Part shown: positions 9,826-20,735 of the stretch, one piece after another
Position numbering within the stretch: the first letter of the stretch is position 1
Layout: every line of letters begins with the position of its first letter
DNA from: Oscillospiraceae bacterium
GTDB lineage: Bacteria; Bacillota; Clostridia; UMGS1883; UMGS1540
Reading direction: 5' to 3'
NCBI GenBank assembly: GCA_015068765.1
Contig: SVJY01000001.1
Coordinates: 6,863-70,862, forward strand
Length of the DNA: 64,000 nt
Notes under the pieces: generated by a model
Databases searched by the model: none
What the model saw: only the letters and a program-made list of their open reading frames with translations
Told to the model about the DNA's origin: nothing
Made by a program: the position numbers and the translations under genes

Positions 9826-11134
9826 AATCGCAGCTGCGGTAGGTGGCATACTGGAAGGTGCGGAAGGTGCAGAGGTCAACGGTATTTCCACCGATAGCCG
9901 TAAAATTGAAAAGGGAACGCTGTTTGTTGCCATACGGGGCGAACGGTTTGACGGCAATGCTTTCATTGACGCCGCCTTCGCCGCAGGGGCTACGGTTGTT
10001 TTGGGGAACGAAGAGGCGGTACCGCCGTCCGGGTGTGCCTACATTCGCGTCTCTGACAGTGTGGAAGCACTGGGGCGGCTTGCCGCATGGCATCGGCAAC
10101 AGTTTTCTATCCCCGTTGTGGGTATAACCGGGTCGGTGGGGAAAACCACAACAAAAGAAATGATTGCGGCGGTGCTTTCTGCCGGGTATAACACACTGAA
10201 AACCGCTGGGAATTTCAATAATCATATCGGACTTCCGCTGACAGTGCTGGGGCTGACGAAGTCCCACGGTGCGGCAGTTATTGAAATGGGCATGAGTGCC
10301 AGGGGCGAAATCGCCTATCTAACAAAGATTGCAAAACCCACTGTGGCTGTGATTACGAATGTGGGGCTCAGTCATATAGAAACACTGAAAACCCAGGAAA
10401 ATATCCGGGATGCAAAGCTGGAAATTGCCGAGGGGCTTCCGGTAGGCGGCACCCTGCTTGTAAATGGTGACGATGCCTTCCTGAAAACGGTACAGCTGCC
10501 GGGCATACAGGTGAAGAGGTTTGGCTTTGACAATCCGGACTGTGAAATCCGGGGTGAGGTAATAGACGAGGATTGCTTTTTGATCATGGGAACGGTTATC
10601 CGTGTGCCGGTGCCCGGCCGTCATAATATGTATAATGCACTTGCCGCCGTTGCGGCGGGGCTTGCCTGCGGTATCACACCGGAAAAAGCGGCGGCGGGAT
10701 TATGTACCTACAAAACCGACGGTGTCCGCCAGACAGAGGTGGAGATTCGCCCCGGAATCCGAGTGCTTTGCGATTATTATAACGCCAGTCCGGCTTCTAT
10801 GTCCGTGGCACTGGAAATGCTGAAAAAAGGCGGAGCCATGCGACGGATTGCGGTAATAGGCGATATGCTGGAGCTTGGGGAAATCGGTCCGGCTTGCCAC
10901 CGAGAGGTGGGAGAGAAGGCAGCAAGGCTGGGAATTGATATGCTGCTTTCTGTCGGTCCGCTTGCCCGCCTTGCGGCCGAAGCCGGTGCCGCATGTGGGA
11001 TGGAAACCCGGAGCTTTGCGGATAATGATGCACTGGCAGAAGCACTTTCTGCCCTTTTGACATCCGGAGACCGGGTACTGATTAAAGGGTCTCATGGCAT
11101 GAAAATGGAACAAATTTTTGAAAAAATCAGGTGA
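9812..11134 (+). CDS. murF: UDP-N-acetylmuramoyl-tripeptide--D-alanyl-D-alanine ligase MurF
   Basis: 440 aa. GITGSVGKTTTKEM, Mur ligase middle and C-terminal domains. Overlaps the murE end by 14 nt. Confidence 0.93.
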   Translation: MRGIEIAAAVGGILEGAEGAEVNGISTDSRKIEKGTLFVAIRGERFDGNAFIDAAFAAGATVVLGNEEAVPPSGCAYIRVSDSVEALGRLAAWHRQQFSIPVVGITGSVGKTTTKEMIAAVLSAGYNTLKTAGNFNNHIGLPLTVLGLTKSHGAAVIEMGMSARGEIAYLTKIAKPTVAVITNVGLSHIETLKTQENIRDAKLEIAEGLPVGGTLLVNGDDAFLKTVQLPGIQVKRFGFDNPDCEIRGEVIDEDCFLIMGTVIRVPVPGRHNMYNALAAVAAGLACGITPEKAAAGLCTYKTDGVRQTEVEIRPGIRVLCDYYNASPASMSVALEMLKKGGAMRRIAVIGDMLELGEIGPACHREVGEKAARLGIDMLLSVGPLARLAAEAGAACGMETRSFADNDALAEALSALLTSGDRVLIKGSHGMKMEQIFEKIR

Positions 11135-12087
11135 TGAAAATGGATAAAGCACTTGCTTTTGTCACGGCATTTGGGGCTTCGGCAGTTCTGGGTGTATTTC
11201 TGCTTCCCCTTCTGCGGCGGCTGAAATTCGGACAGAGCATCCGGGAAATCGGCCCGGACTGGCACAAGAAAAAAAGCGGAACACCCACCATGGGCGGTCT
11301 TATGTTTATCGCTGCCTTTCTCATGGTGACACCCTTTGTTATCCGGAACACGGGTACGGCTGCGGTGGCAGTTTGTACATTGCTGTTCGGTGTTATCGGT
11401 TTTTGCGATGATTACATCAAGGTTGTGAAAAAGCGGAATCTGGGGCTTACTGCCGGGCAGAAATTTATCGCCCAGCTTCTGGTGACGCTGGCGTTCCTTC
11501 TCTATCTTTTATATACCGGACATTTGAAGACACAGATTCTGATTCCGTTTATACACCGTCCCCTAAGCTTAGGTGTTATGTTTATTCCTTTTGCCGCATT
11601 TGTGTTGCTGGGCTTTGTAAACGGGGTAAACCTTACCGACGGGATTGACGGCCTGGCGGGATTTGTAACCCTTGCCGTGACGCTGTTTTTATCCCTGGTG
11701 GCATACCGGGACGGCAATCTGTCCCTGTGCCTTACCTGCCTTACCGTGGCAGGCGGAATTTTAGGCTTCCTACTCTTTAATGTGCACCCGGCCAAGGTGT
11801 TCATGGGTGACACCGGCTCGCTGTTTTTAGGTGGTTTCGTAGCCGCCACTGCCATTTTGCTTCGGCAGGAGCTGCTTTTGGTGCTTGCAGGCATCGTGTA
11901 TGTGGCGGAAACGCTGTCCGTTATTTTGCAGGTAGCCTCCTTTAAGCTGACAGGAAAACGGATATTTAAGATGAGCCCTTTACATCATCATTTTGAAATG
12001 TGCGGCTGGAGCGAGAGTAAAATTGTATCGGTATTTACGGCCGTTAGTGTGCTCGGCTGTGTAATCGGCTATCTGGGCATACGCTAA
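11131..12087 (+). CDS. mraY: Phospho-N-acetylmuramoyl-pentapeptide transferase MraY
   Basis: 318 aa polytopic membrane protein. DDYIKV, NLTDGIDGLA, MGDTGSL and SPLHHHFE motifs. Alternative starts at 11134 and 11140. Confidence 0.95.
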   Translation: MMKMDKALAFVTAFGASAVLGVFLLPLLRRLKFGQSIREIGPDWHKKKSGTPTMGGLMFIAAFLMVTPFVIRNTGTAAVAVCTLLFGVIGFCDDYIKVVKKRNLGLTAGQKFIAQLLVTLAFLLYLLYTGHLKTQILIPFIHRPLSLGVMFIPFAAFVLLGFVNGVNLTDGIDGLAGFVTLAVTLFLSLVAYRDGNLSLCLTCLTVAGGILGFLLFNVHPAKVFMGDTGSLFLGGFVAATAILLRQELLLVLAGIVYVAETLSVILQVASFKLTGKRIFKMSPLHHHFEMCGWSESKIVSVFTAVSVLGCVIGYLGIR

Positions 12088-12112
12088 AAACAAAGAAAGG
12101 AGCACCCGGAAC

Positions 12113-13258
12113 GTGGAGAAAAAACAAAAAAGAAATGTTTTTGGGGGAATAGACATTCCATTTCTGACCATCATATTTGTTATGCTCGCTTTCGGGCTGA
12201 TCATGGTATTCAGTGCAAGTGCCCCTTCTGCTTTTTATAATGAGGGAGATAAGCTGTATTATATTAAAAGACAGCTTATTTGGACAGTGGTCGGTATGGG
12301 TGCTATGGGGGGCATGATCGTTATAGGGCATCGCTTTGTCAAACGGTATGCGTCGATTGTGTTTATTATCTCCCTGGTCCTATTAGGGCTCGTGCTGGCA
12401 ATCGGCAGTACCGGCGGCGGTGCACAGCGTTGGTTGGCATTCGGACCGATTCGCTTCCAGCCCTCCGAGCTTGCTAAATTTGCACTCGTTTTCTTCTTTG
12501 CCAAACGCATGGCAGAAAAACCGAAGAATCAGATTCGCCAGTTTACACACGGTCTCTTGCCTTATTTGTTTATTCTGGGTCTTATGGTGGGCATTATGAT
12601 TTTACAGGACCACCTAAGCGGTGCTGTTATTATTTTTATGACCGGCATCATCATGCTGGTGGCGGGCGGTGCAAGACTTTCGCATCTCGGTTTGATTATG
12701 CTGGCAGGCTTGGCGGTTTTGGTCCCGGCGGCGTTTCTCGAGGAATACCGGCTAAAGCGGCTCATGGCATTTCGGAACCCCTTTGCAGACCCTACCGATA
12801 CGGGATATCAGATTGTACAGGGCTTGTATGCCATTGCATCGGGGGGACTGTTCGGTCTGGGTCTTGGACAGAGCCGACAAAAGTTTCTGTATATCCCCGA
12901 AGCCCATAACGACTATATTTATGCCATTATCTGTGAAGAGCTGGGCTTTGTGGGTGCTGCTTTGGTGGCGGTGCTTTTTGTGTTGCTGATTACCAGAGGG
13001 GTATACATCGCTATGCACGCACCTGATACGTTTTCCTCTCTGACGGTGTTTGGTATCATCTCGATTATAGGCTTACAGTATCTCATCAACGTAGGTGTTG
13101 TAACCGGAACGATTCCCAATACCGGAATGCAGCTTCCCTTTTTCAGTGCAGGCGGGTCGTCTCTTATATTTATTATGGCGGCTATGGGCGTAGTGCTGAG
13201 TATATCACGGGAAATAAAGCGTAAGGGGCAATCTGTCCGGGAAGGAGGAAAAAAATGA
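12113..13258 (+). CDS. ftsW: SEDS-family peptidoglycan polymerase FtsW/SpoVE
   Basis: 381 aa, about 10 TM segments. FQPSELAK, PEAHNDYIYAII and GTIPNTGMQLPFFSAGGSS motifs. Position between mraY and murG. Confidence 0.92.
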   Translation: MEKKQKRNVFGGIDIPFLTIIFVMLAFGLIMVFSASAPSAFYNEGDKLYYIKRQLIWTVVGMGAMGGMIVIGHRFVKRYASIVFIISLVLLGLVLAIGSTGGGAQRWLAFGPIRFQPSELAKFALVFFFAKRMAEKPKNQIRQFTHGLLPYLFILGLMVGIMILQDHLSGAVIIFMTGIIMLVAGGARLSHLGLIMLAGLAVLVPAAFLEEYRLKRLMAFRNPFADPTDTGYQIVQGLYAIASGGLFGLGLGQSRQKFLYIPEAHNDYIYAIICEELGFVGAALVAVLFVLLITRGVYIAMHAPDTFSSLTVFGIISIIGLQYLINVGVVTGTIPNTGMQLPFFSAGGSSLIFIMAAMGVVLSISREIKRKGQSVREGGKK

Positions 13259-14331
13259 GAATTGTACTTTCCGGTGGCGGTACGGGCGGACATATTTATC
13301 CGGCCATTGCCATTGCCAACTATGTTAAGGAACAAAATCCGGACGCAGAGATTTTGTTTATCGGGAACGCAGGGGGCATGGAGTCAAAATTAGTGCCTCG
13401 GGCAGGGTATCCGATAAACTATATACAGGTGCAAGGGTTACGCCGACGGATCAGCATAGAAAATCTGAAAACAGCTGTGCGGCTTGTTACCTCCTATCAC
13501 AGTGCCAAAAAGATTTTACGGGAGTTTGCTCCGGATATTGTTATCGGTACAGGCGGCTATGTGTGCCTTCCGGTCGTCTTGGCGGCAACGGCACTGAAAA
13601 TCCGATCCCTCGTGCACGAGCAGAACGTATTTCCGGGGCTTACGGTGAGAATGTGTGCCGGCCGTGCTGATACGGCAATCAGCTTTCCGGAGACAGAAAA
13701 ATACTTTAAAAAAACACCGAAGCGACTGCTTCTCACCGGTAATCCCATAAGGCCGGAGCTACTTCGTCCGGCGACAGAGAAGAAGCCTGCCGGCGAACCG
13801 CTTGTGGTCATCAGCGGCGGAAGCCTCGGTGCACAGAAAATCAATGATACGCTCATTGCGCTTTTGAAAATGGGCGGACAGGATTATTATGGCATTATCG
13901 CCTCCACCGGAGAACGAAACTATGAAGCGGTGATGCAAAAAATCAAAGAAGAAAAAATACGGCTTTGCGAAAACAAAAAAATTCTGCCGTATATTCATGA
14001 TATGGATACGGTGCTGAAGCGTGCAGATTTGGCCGTTACCCGAGCCGGTGCCATTACTGTAAGCGAGCTGAGTGCAATGGGCAAGCCGGCAATTCTGATT
14101 CCAAGCCCCAACGTGACAAACGACCATCAGACCTATAATGCCCGTACCATGGAGAAAAACGGAGCGGCGGTGCTGCTACCGGAATCGGAGCTTTCCGCAG
14201 AGGTGCTGGCAGGGCAGATTAAAACCCTTCTCTCCAGCCAGACCCACTTGCGTAATATGGCGAGGGCGGCGAAAGACTGTGCTATTTTAGATGCCTGCCA
14301 GCGTATTTACACTTGGATTTGCGAGAAGTAA
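13255..14331 (+). CDS. murG: Undecaprenyldiphospho-muramoylpentapeptide beta-N-acetylglucosaminyltransferase MurG
   Basis: 358 aa. GGTGGHIYPAIA N-terminal motif and the C-terminal RAGAITVSEL nucleotide-sugar motif. ATGA overlap with ftsW. Confidence 0.95.
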   Translation: MRIVLSGGGTGGHIYPAIAIANYVKEQNPDAEILFIGNAGGMESKLVPRAGYPINYIQVQGLRRRISIENLKTAVRLVTSYHSAKKILREFAPDIVIGTGGYVCLPVVLAATALKIRSLVHEQNVFPGLTVRMCAGRADTAISFPETEKYFKKTPKRLLLTGNPIRPELLRPATEKKPAGEPLVVISGGSLGAQKINDTLIALLKMGGQDYYGIIASTGERNYEAVMQKIKEEKIRLCENKKILPYIHDMDTVLKRADLAVTRAGAITVSELSAMGKPAILIPSPNVTNDHQTYNARTMEKNGAAVLLPESELSAEVLAGQIKTLLSSQTHLRNMARAAKDCAILDACQRIYTWICEK

Positions 14332-14393
14332 CCCACCACCTACATTCTGCATAGTATGTACTGCAATGTTTTTTCATGCTATGGAGGTGTAGA

Positions 14394-15686
14394 ATGTATA
14401 CTATAGAAATCACAGGCGGCAGACCGCTGTGTGGCAGTACCCGGGTACAGGGAGCAAAAAATTCCGTGCTTCCCATTCTGGCGGCCACGGTGCTCTGTGA
14501 GGGTACGAGTGTAATCCGTGGTTGTCCGTACCTGGAGGATGTGGCCTGTGCGCTGGAAATTTTAGAATGTGCAGGGTGTAAATGCCGACGGGAGGGGGAT
14601 GCGGTTACTGTCGATGCTTCCGTCATCCGAAAAAGCAGAATCCCGGATGCACTGATGCATAAAATGCGGTCCTCTATCACGTTTTTGGGAGCAATGACGG
14701 CACGATGCGGTAAGGCGGAGATGAGCTTTCCGGGCGGCTGCGAGCTTGGACCGAGACCGATTGACTTACATATTAAGGCACTTCGGGAAATCGGAATCCG
14801 GGTAACGGAAAAGGGCGGCTGTGTCCGGGCAGAGACAGGGGATTTTGCCGGTGGCAGAGTACATTTGGATTTTCCCAGCGTGGGTGCCACGGAAAATCTG
14901 ATGATGGCCGCAACGCTTTCCCGAGGCGAAACCGTTTTAACCAATGCGGCGAAGGAACCGGAAATTTGCGATTTACAAAGCTTTTTAAATAAAATGGGTG
15001 CCAGAATCAGCGGCGCAGGAACGGACGAAATCCGTATTGAAGGTGTGTCCCGGCTCCACGGGGCGGAGCACCGAGTGATTCCGGATAGAATTGTGGCGGC
15101 GACCTATCTTTGTGCCGGGGCCATGACAGGCGGGCAGATCGAGCTAAGGGAGACCGAGCCGGAGCACATCGGTGCCGTTCTTTCCGTCCTTCGGGACACA
15201 GGTGCACAGGTGGAGACGCACGGTGACCGGATTCGCCTGAAGGCACCATCACGGCTCAATGCCATTAAGCTTCTTCGTACCATGCCGTATCCCGGTTTTC
15301 CCACCGATGCACAGGCACTTGTTACCGCCATGCTCACGTTAGGCGAAGGGACCAGTATGGTGGAGGAGACGATCTTTGAAAACCGCTTCAAGCACTGCGG
15401 CGAGCTATGCCGTATGGGTGCCGATATTACAACACGTGGGCGGATTGCCGTTATTCGTGGCGTGACCCATCTGACGGGTGCACGGGTAGAGGCGATGGAG
15501 CTGCGGGGTGGTGCGGCACTGGTTATTGCCGGGCTTGCGGCAGAAGGGGTGACCGAGGTCCGGGGCACTGCCCATATTGACCGGGGTTACGATACATTTT
15601 TAGAAGATATGCAGGCACTGGGTGCCAGCATTATGAAACGGGAAGCAGGAGCGTGTATATGTCAAAAAAGAGACGAAGGAATTTAG
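14394..15686 (+). CDS. murA: UDP-N-acetylglucosamine 1-carboxyvinyltransferase MurA
   Basis: EPSP-synthase fold. VQGAKNSVLPILAA, and an active-site Cys in FPGGCELGPRPIDLH. Start ATG 14394 lies behind GGAGGTG (the track ORF begins at 14376). Confidence 0.93.
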   Translation: MYTIEITGGRPLCGSTRVQGAKNSVLPILAATVLCEGTSVIRGCPYLEDVACALEILECAGCKCRREGDAVTVDASVIRKSRIPDALMHKMRSSITFLGAMTARCGKAEMSFPGGCELGPRPIDLHIKALREIGIRVTEKGGCVRAETGDFAGGRVHLDFPSVGATENLMMAATLSRGETVLTNAAKEPEICDLQSFLNKMGARISGAGTDEIRIEGVSRLHGAEHRVIPDRIVAATYLCAGAMTGGQIELRETEPEHIGAVLSVLRDTGAQVETHGDRIRLKAPSRLNAIKLLRTMPYPGFPTDAQALVTAMLTLGEGTSMVEETIFENRFKHCGELCRMGADITTRGRIAVIRGVTHLTGARVEAMELRGGAALVIAGLAAEGVTEVRGTAHIDRGYDTFLEDMQALGASIMKREAGACICQKRDEGI

Positions 15687-16396
15687 GCGGTGTTTTCATA
15701 CTGATTTTGCTTTTTATCATTGCAGTGACGGTTGTACTGACAATACCGGTTTTTAATATTACGTCAGTAACCGTCACGGGCAATGCCCGGCTGACAACCG
15801 AGGAGCTTCTCACTGTTGCCGCCGTACCCACAGGTAAAAACATCTATCAGATATCCATGAAAGATGTGGAAGAGCGTCTTTTAGCACAGCCATATGTGCT
15901 TTCGGCAACCGTAAAGCGGCGTTTTCCGGCGAAAGTAGCGATTACGGTAACGGAAAGGGAAGAGGCGGCGGCAATACGGTGTACCGGCGGCTATGCGATC
16001 ATCGATAGCGAAGGGCGGGTACTGCGAATCGCCGCAGAACCGGAATCGGTTATGACAGTGTCGGGCGGTACGGTGGACACCGCACAGCCAGGCAGTACCA
16101 TTTTAATGACGGACGAGAATTTCTTAGGAAACTTCAAGCTGCTTCTTTCCGAACTGAAAGGTGCAGACCTTTCGGTGACAATACGGCATATGCGGCTGGA
16201 ATCATCTATCAATACGGTTTTAGAAACCGAGCATAATCTGGAGATTCATTTGGGCGGTATGGACGAGCTTTCCTATAAATTGCAGATGTGTAAAAACATT
16301 ATGTGCGGCGGATATGAAGGGATAAACAGAGAGAGCAGCGGTGTTTTAAAGTGGACAGGAGAGGGACAGTTTTCCTATCGACACCATGAAAATTAA
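15659..16396 (+). CDS. ftsQ: Cell division protein FtsQ/DivIB (POTRA domain)
   Basis: Basic N-terminus, one TM segment (VFILILLFIIAVTVVL), and POTRA-like VTGNARLTTEELL. Position immediately before ftsZ. ATG 15659 lies behind AGGAG. Confidence 0.85.
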   Translation: MSKKRRRNLGGVFILILLFIIAVTVVLTIPVFNITSVTVTGNARLTTEELLTVAAVPTGKNIYQISMKDVEERLLAQPYVLSATVKRRFPAKVAITVTEREEAAAIRCTGGYAIIDSEGRVLRIAAEPESVMTVSGGTVDTAQPGSTILMTDENFLGNFKLLLSELKGADLSVTIRHMRLESSINTVLETEHNLEIHLGGMDELSYKLQMCKNIMCGGYEGINRESSGVLKWTGEGQFSYRHHEN

Positions 16397-16434
16397 AAAA
16401 ATCAAAAAAAAAGAGAAAAAATTTCAAAATTCTC

Positions 16435-16463
16435 TTGCATAAATGTGTAAAAAGCGATACAAT
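16435..16463 (+). promoter_or_regulatory. Candidate internal sigma-A promoter for ftsZ
   Basis: -35 TTGCAT (16435-16440), 17-bp spacer, -10 TACAAT (16458-16463). RBS AAGGAGG lies before ATG 16494. Confidence 0.6.
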
Positions 16464-16493
16464 AAAGTAGAGAAAGACTAAGGAGGATCAATC

Positions 16494-17588
16494 ATGGCCA
16501 TAGAGGGTATGAATTTAGCACAGGTTATTAAAGTTGTCGGTGTAGGCGGCGGTGGTGGAAATGCTGTCAACCGTATGGTGGAAAACGGAATCCGCGGCGT
16601 GGAATTTGTTGCAATCAATACGGACAAGCAGGCACTGTCCTGTTCAAAAGCCGACAAAACGATTCAGATTGGTGAAAAAATTACAAAAGGACAGGGTGCC
16701 GGTGCAAACCCCGATATCGGACGCAAGGCGGCAGAAGAAAGCCGGAGCGAAATCGAAAACATTCTGGAAGATGCCGACATGGTATTTGTTACTGCCGGTA
16801 TGGGCGGCGGCACAGGTACAGGTGCAGCACCTGTTGTTGCGTCTATTGCAAAGGAAAAGGGAATTCTTACGGTGGGTATCGTAACAAAGCCGTTTTCTTT
16901 TGAACTCAAGCGTCGTATGGCACAGGCAGAGGAAGGAATTGCGGCACTTCGTGAGTCTGTGGATACCATCATTGTTATTCCGAATGATAAGCTTCTCCAG
17001 CTTTGCAGTGCAAAGACAACGGTGAAGGAAGCTTTCAAAATGGCAGACGAAACATTGCGGCAGGGCGTACAGGGTATTTCGGAAATGATTAACGCAGCCG
17101 GCGATGTAAATGCCGACTTTGCAGATGTAACCAGAATTATGAAGGATGCAGGCTTTGCACACATGGGCATCGGTCGTGCCAGCGGTGAAAACCGTGCCGA
17201 AGAAGCGGCACGTATGGCAATCGCCAGCCCGCTTTTGGAAACATCCATCGACGGGGCAACCGGTATTTTGTTTAACATTACCGGCGGTGCCGAGCTTACA
17301 CTCAATGAGGTAACAGATGCAGCAAACCTGATTCATAGCTGTGCTGATCCCAATGCAGAGGTTATTTTCGGTATGGCCATTGACGAAACAATGGGGGATG
17401 AAATTTCGATTACCGTTATTGCCACAGGATGCAAGTCCGGCAGAAAGCAGGATTTGGAAAATTTGCAGGTTACCAATTTCGATAAAACGCGGGGCATCAC
17501 ACCGCAGACGCCTTCTGAACCCACAAACTTCGGTTCTGAAGATTTGCAGCTTCCGGAATTTATGCGCAAGTCCAGTATTGATTTCTAA
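16494..17588 (+). CDS. ftsZ: Cell division GTPase FtsZ
   Basis: 364 aa. [13 protein letters not shown] and the tubulin signature [15 protein letters not shown]. Conserved C-terminal peptide ([10 protein letters not shown]). Confidence 0.98.
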   Translation: MAIEGMNLAQVIKVVGVGGGGGNAVNRMVENGIRGVEFVAINTDKQALSCSKADKTIQIGEKITKGQGAGANPDIGRKAAEESRSEIENILEDADMVFVTAGMGGGTGTGAAPVVASIAKEKGILTVGIVTKPFSFELKRRMAQAEEGIAALRESVDTIIVIPNDKLLQLCSAKTTVKEAFKMADETLRQGVQGISEMINAAGDVNADFADVTRIMKDAGFAHMGIGRASGENRAEEAARMAIASPLLETSIDGATGILFNITGGAELTLNEVTDAANLIHSCADPNAEVIFGMAIDETMGDEISITVIATGCKSGRKQDLENLQVTNFDKTRGITPQTPSEPTNFGSEDLQLPEFMRKSSIDF

Positions 17589-17604
17589 TACATAACCCAA
17601 AAAA

Positions 17605-17643
17605 CCGGGGAAGTAAAAACGTTTTTTACTTCCCCGGTTTTTG
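17605..17643. terminator. Bidirectional rho-independent terminator (ftsZ / upp)
   Basis: 15-bp perfect stem CCGGGGAAGTAAAAA / TTTTTACTTCCCCGG with a 3-nt loop. An A-run lies upstream and a T-run downstream. Confidence 0.9.
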
Positions 17644-17685
17644 CATATACAAAGGTTTGCCTATGAGGTTTTTCCTCGGTATCAG

Positions 17686-18315
17686 TTATTTTGTACCGAA
17701 AATCCGATCGCCGGCATCGCCGAGCCCCGGCATGATGTAGGCATCCTCGTTCAGCTTTTCATCCATGGCGGCTGTATAAATATCTACATCCGGATGCATT
17801 TTCTGTACATATTTTACACCTTCGGGAGCGGAAACCAGACACATAAGACGTATATTTTTACAGCCACGCTCTTTAAGCATCTGGATGGCGTCAGAAGCAC
17901 TGCCGCCGGTGGCAAGCATAGGATCGGTTACAATAACGAGGCGATCACTGATATCGGTGGGAAGCTTGCAGTAGTATACAACAGGCTTATGGGTGTCATG
18001 GTCACGGTAAAGACCGATATGCCCCACTCTCGCTACCGGCAGAAGCTGCAGGAGGCCGTCCACCATACCGAGCCCGGCACGGAGAATAGGTACAATCGCC
18101 ACCTTTTTGCCGGAAATCTGCGCAGCTTCCATTTTTTGCATGGGTGTTTCAATTTCCACAGGCTCCAGAGGGAAATCTCTTGTGACCTCATAGCCCATGA
18201 GCAGAGAAATTTCCTCCAATAGCTCCCGGAAATCCTTTGTTCCTGTTTCCTTTTTCCGCATGATTGTCAGCTTGTGCTGAATCATGGGATGGTCCAATAC
18301 GTGTAGAGTTTTCAT
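17686..18315 (-). CDS. upp: Uracil phosphoribosyltransferase
   Basis: 209 aa from ATG 18315 (RBS GGAAGGAG). HPMIQHKLT, and the PRPP motif [13 protein letters not shown]. Confidence 0.95.
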   Translation of the reverse strand: MKTLHVLDHPMIQHKLTIMRKKETGTKDFRELLEEISLLMGYEVTRDFPLEPVEIETPMQKMEAAQISGKKVAIVPILRAGLGMVDGLLQLLPVARVGHIGLYRDHDTHKPVVYYCKLPTDISDRLVIVTDPMLATGGSASDAIQMLKERGCKNIRLMCLVSAPEGVKYVQKMHPDVDIYTAAMDEKLNEDAYIMPGLGDAGDRIFGTK

Positions 18316-18316
18316 T

Positions 18317-18961
18317 TTACTTTTCTCCTTCCGCAATATATTTTAACACTTCTTTTGCCTTCTCGTGTTGTCGATGCACCAGTTCATTGTTCCGTTCCGG
18401 GTCCATAATCCGTTTGACGGCGACATAAAGCTCCGGACGGTTGAAATCCATCGCTTCTGCCACCGGTTTATCAGCAAGCGGGATAGCACAAACCTGTCCT
18501 TCCAGATTTTTCAGTCCCCCTGCAAGGCTTTCTGCCGGAAGGATATCTTCCAGCGGCTCAAAATAAAGTTGTTTTTCTGAAAAGAGAGCATCCTCGATGA
18601 TATAGAGGCGAACGTTTTTGTCCAGGAACGAATAGTTAAATCCTTGCTGCTTATCTAGGTCAGAGCTTGTAATGTTTTCCCCCCGGATAAACATAAAACG
18701 GTAATTCAGCTGAATCTTTCCGTCCCCGTTAAGGTCGCCGATAATCGCTTTAAAGGCATCCTCTGCCCGGGCAAACTGGCTTTCGTCTCCGTAACTTGCA
18801 CCTGCGTAGGCAAGTACCATGTCCGGGTCCTTTTTTTTCAAATAGTCAGCAGTCAGAAAAAGGGCACTGCAAAGAAAAAATAGGACAATCAGGACAACAA
18901 TTTTATAGTGGTACCAAAAATTTTCCGTTTTTTTAAAAAAACCTTTTGGTTTTTCTGCCAT
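18317..18961 (-). CDS. Hypothetical membrane-anchored protein
   Basis: 214 aa from ATG 18961 (RBS GGAAAGGAG). One N-terminal TM segment ([16 protein letters not shown]). No recognisable motif. Wedged between pyrB and upp with 1-nt and 36-nt gaps. Confidence 0.65.
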   Translation of the reverse strand: MAEKPKGFFKKTENFWYHYKIVVLIVLFFLCSALFLTADYLKKKDPDMVLAYAGASYGDESQFARAEDAFKAIIGDLNGDGKIQLNYRFMFIRGENITSSDLDKQQGFNYSFLDKNVRLYIIEDALFSEKQLYFEPLEDILPAESLAGGLKNLEGQVCAIPLADKPVAEAMDFNRPELYVAVKRIMDPERNNELVHRQHEKAKEVLKYIAEGEK

Positions 18962-18997
18962 TTTACGTCTCCTTTCCACACGGACCGTTACCGCTTG

Positions 18998-20083
18998 TCA
19001 GCGTATCACTTTTTCCTCGCAGTATACACAGCGATAAATTCCATTTTCTTCATTGACCGGATAAAAGGCATGGGATAGCTCTTGTTCCTTTGCTGTAATA
19101 CAGGTGGGATTTTGGCACTGCATCGTATCAAAGATAACCGACGGTGCGAAGGGCTCCACATCTTTGTCGGCAGTCTCCAAAAGCTTTAAAATCAGAGCCA
19201 TACGCATATATTTGCCGCAGAGTGCCTGCAAGAAATAGCAAGCACGGGGATCCTTATCCACCGACACGCTGATTTCGTTTACTCGCGGCAGGGGATGCAT
19301 GACGATTAAGTCTTTTCTGGCCTTTGTCAGCTTGTCTGCTGTCAGAATATAGCTGTCCTTCAGTCGTTCATATTCTTCGGGCTTTTCAAAACGCTCACGC
19401 TGAATACGGGTCATGTATAAAATATCCAGCTCGGGAAGTACAGCCTCGAGACTTGTCGCCTGTCGGTAACAAATACCCTGTCCGTCTAAGATTTCCCGTT
19501 TTACATAGCTGGGCAACGAAAGCTCCACAGGAGAAATCAGTACGAACTTTGTACCGGTGTATCTTGCCAGTGCGGCAATCAGGGAATGGACAGTTCTACC
19601 GTATTTTAAATCGCCGCAAAGACCCACTGTCAGATTTTCCAGCGTACCCTTCTTTCTCTTAATCGTCAGAAGATCCGCAAGGGTCTGGGTGGGGTGGCAG
19701 TGACCGCCGTCTCCGGCATTTATCACCGGTACGCTGGCGTTTTGTGCCGCTACATAGGGGGCACCTGCCATAGGGTGGCGAATTGCCATAATATCGGCAT
19801 AACAGCTTAGTACCCGGGCAGTATCCGCCATACTTTCGCCCTTGGAGGCAGAAGAGCTGTTCGGCTCTGAAAAGCCTAAAACGTTACCGCCAAGCTCATA
19901 CATGGCCGCTTCAAAGCTGAGGCGCGTACGGGTGGACGGCTCAAAAAAGAGAGTCGCCAGTTTTTTGCCGTGACATCTTTCTGCGTATTCCTTCGGATGA
20001 TCCATGATATCCTCAGCGGTAGAGAGCAGTGCATCGATTTCCGCTGTGGTCAGGTCCAGTATATCGATTACGCTTCTTTTCAT
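18998..20083 (-). CDS. pyrB: Aspartate carbamoyltransferase catalytic chain fused to a PyrI-type zinc domain
   Basis: 361 aa from ATG 20083 (RBS GGTGGAGG). ATCase motifs STRTR, HPTQ and HPLPR. About 50 extra C-terminal residues, CQNPTCIT...RCVYCE, match the regulatory-chain Zn domain pattern. Confidence 0.9.
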   Translation of the reverse strand: MKRSVIDILDLTTAEIDALLSTAEDIMDHPKEYAERCHGKKLATLFFEPSTRTRLSFEAAMYELGGNVLGFSEPNSSSASKGESMADTARVLSCYADIMAIRHPMAGAPYVAAQNASVPVINAGDGGHCHPTQTLADLLTIKRKKGTLENLTVGLCGDLKYGRTVHSLIAALARYTGTKFVLISPVELSLPSYVKREILDGQGICYRQATSLEAVLPELDILYMTRIQRERFEKPEEYERLKDSYILTADKLTKARKDLIVMHPLPRVNEISVSVDKDPRACYFLQALCGKYMRMALILKLLETADKDVEPFAPSVIFDTMQCQNPTCITAKEQELSHAFYPVNEENGIYRCVYCEEKVIR

Positions 20084-20084
20084 C

Positions 20085-20723
20085 TTATTTGCCTCCACCT
20101 ATCCAGGATTCGTCAGAGGGATTATTGCGGAATGCAATCAGCCGAGCCACATCCGCTGGACGAATATAGCCTTCTTCTGCGGCGATTTCCGCAATCACGT
20201 CAAAGTTCGTCAGAGAAACATTCTTCACATTCGCTTCGGCAAGACGCTTTATGCCCTTTTCCATGCCGTAGGTGAAGATGCTTACAACGCCCAGCACTTC
20301 TGCTCCGGCTTCCCGAAGTACGTCCACAACCTCGAGTACACTGCCGCCGGTGGAGATGAGGTCTTCCACAACGACGACCTTCTGTCCCTTCTCCAGCTTT
20401 CCTTCAATCTGGTTGTTTCTTCCGTGGTCCTTCTTGCCGGAACGAACATATCCCATTGGCATATCCAGAATATGTGCCGTAATAGCGGCGTGGGCAATGC
20501 CGGCGGTAGAGGTGCCCATCAGCACTTCCGCCTCCGGATAATGGGTTTTGATAAGCTCTGCAAGACCGTTTTCCACATCGTTGCGAACTTCGGTTGCTGT
20601 CAGTGTCAGGCGGTTATCACAGTAAACAGGGCTTTTGATGCCGCTTGCCCATGTGAAGGGCTCATCGGGTCTGAAGAAGACCGCTTTAATTGAAAGTAAA
20701 TCTTTTGCAATTCTTTTTTCCAT
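20085..20723 (-). CDS. pyrE: Orotate phosphoribosyltransferase
   Basis: 212 aa. PRPP-binding [13 protein letters not shown]. Confidence 0.93.
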   Translation of the reverse strand: MEKRIAKDLLSIKAVFFRPDEPFTWASGIKSPVYCDNRLTLTATEVRNDVENGLAELIKTHYPEAEVLMGTSTAGIAHAAITAHILDMPMGYVRSGKKDHGRNNQIEGKLEKGQKVVVVEDLISTGGSVLEVVDVLREAGAEVLGVVSIFTYGMEKGIKRLAEANVKNVSLTNFDVIAEIAAEEGYIRPADVARLIAFRNNPSDESWIGGGK

Positions 20724-20735
20724 TGTATTTTCTCC

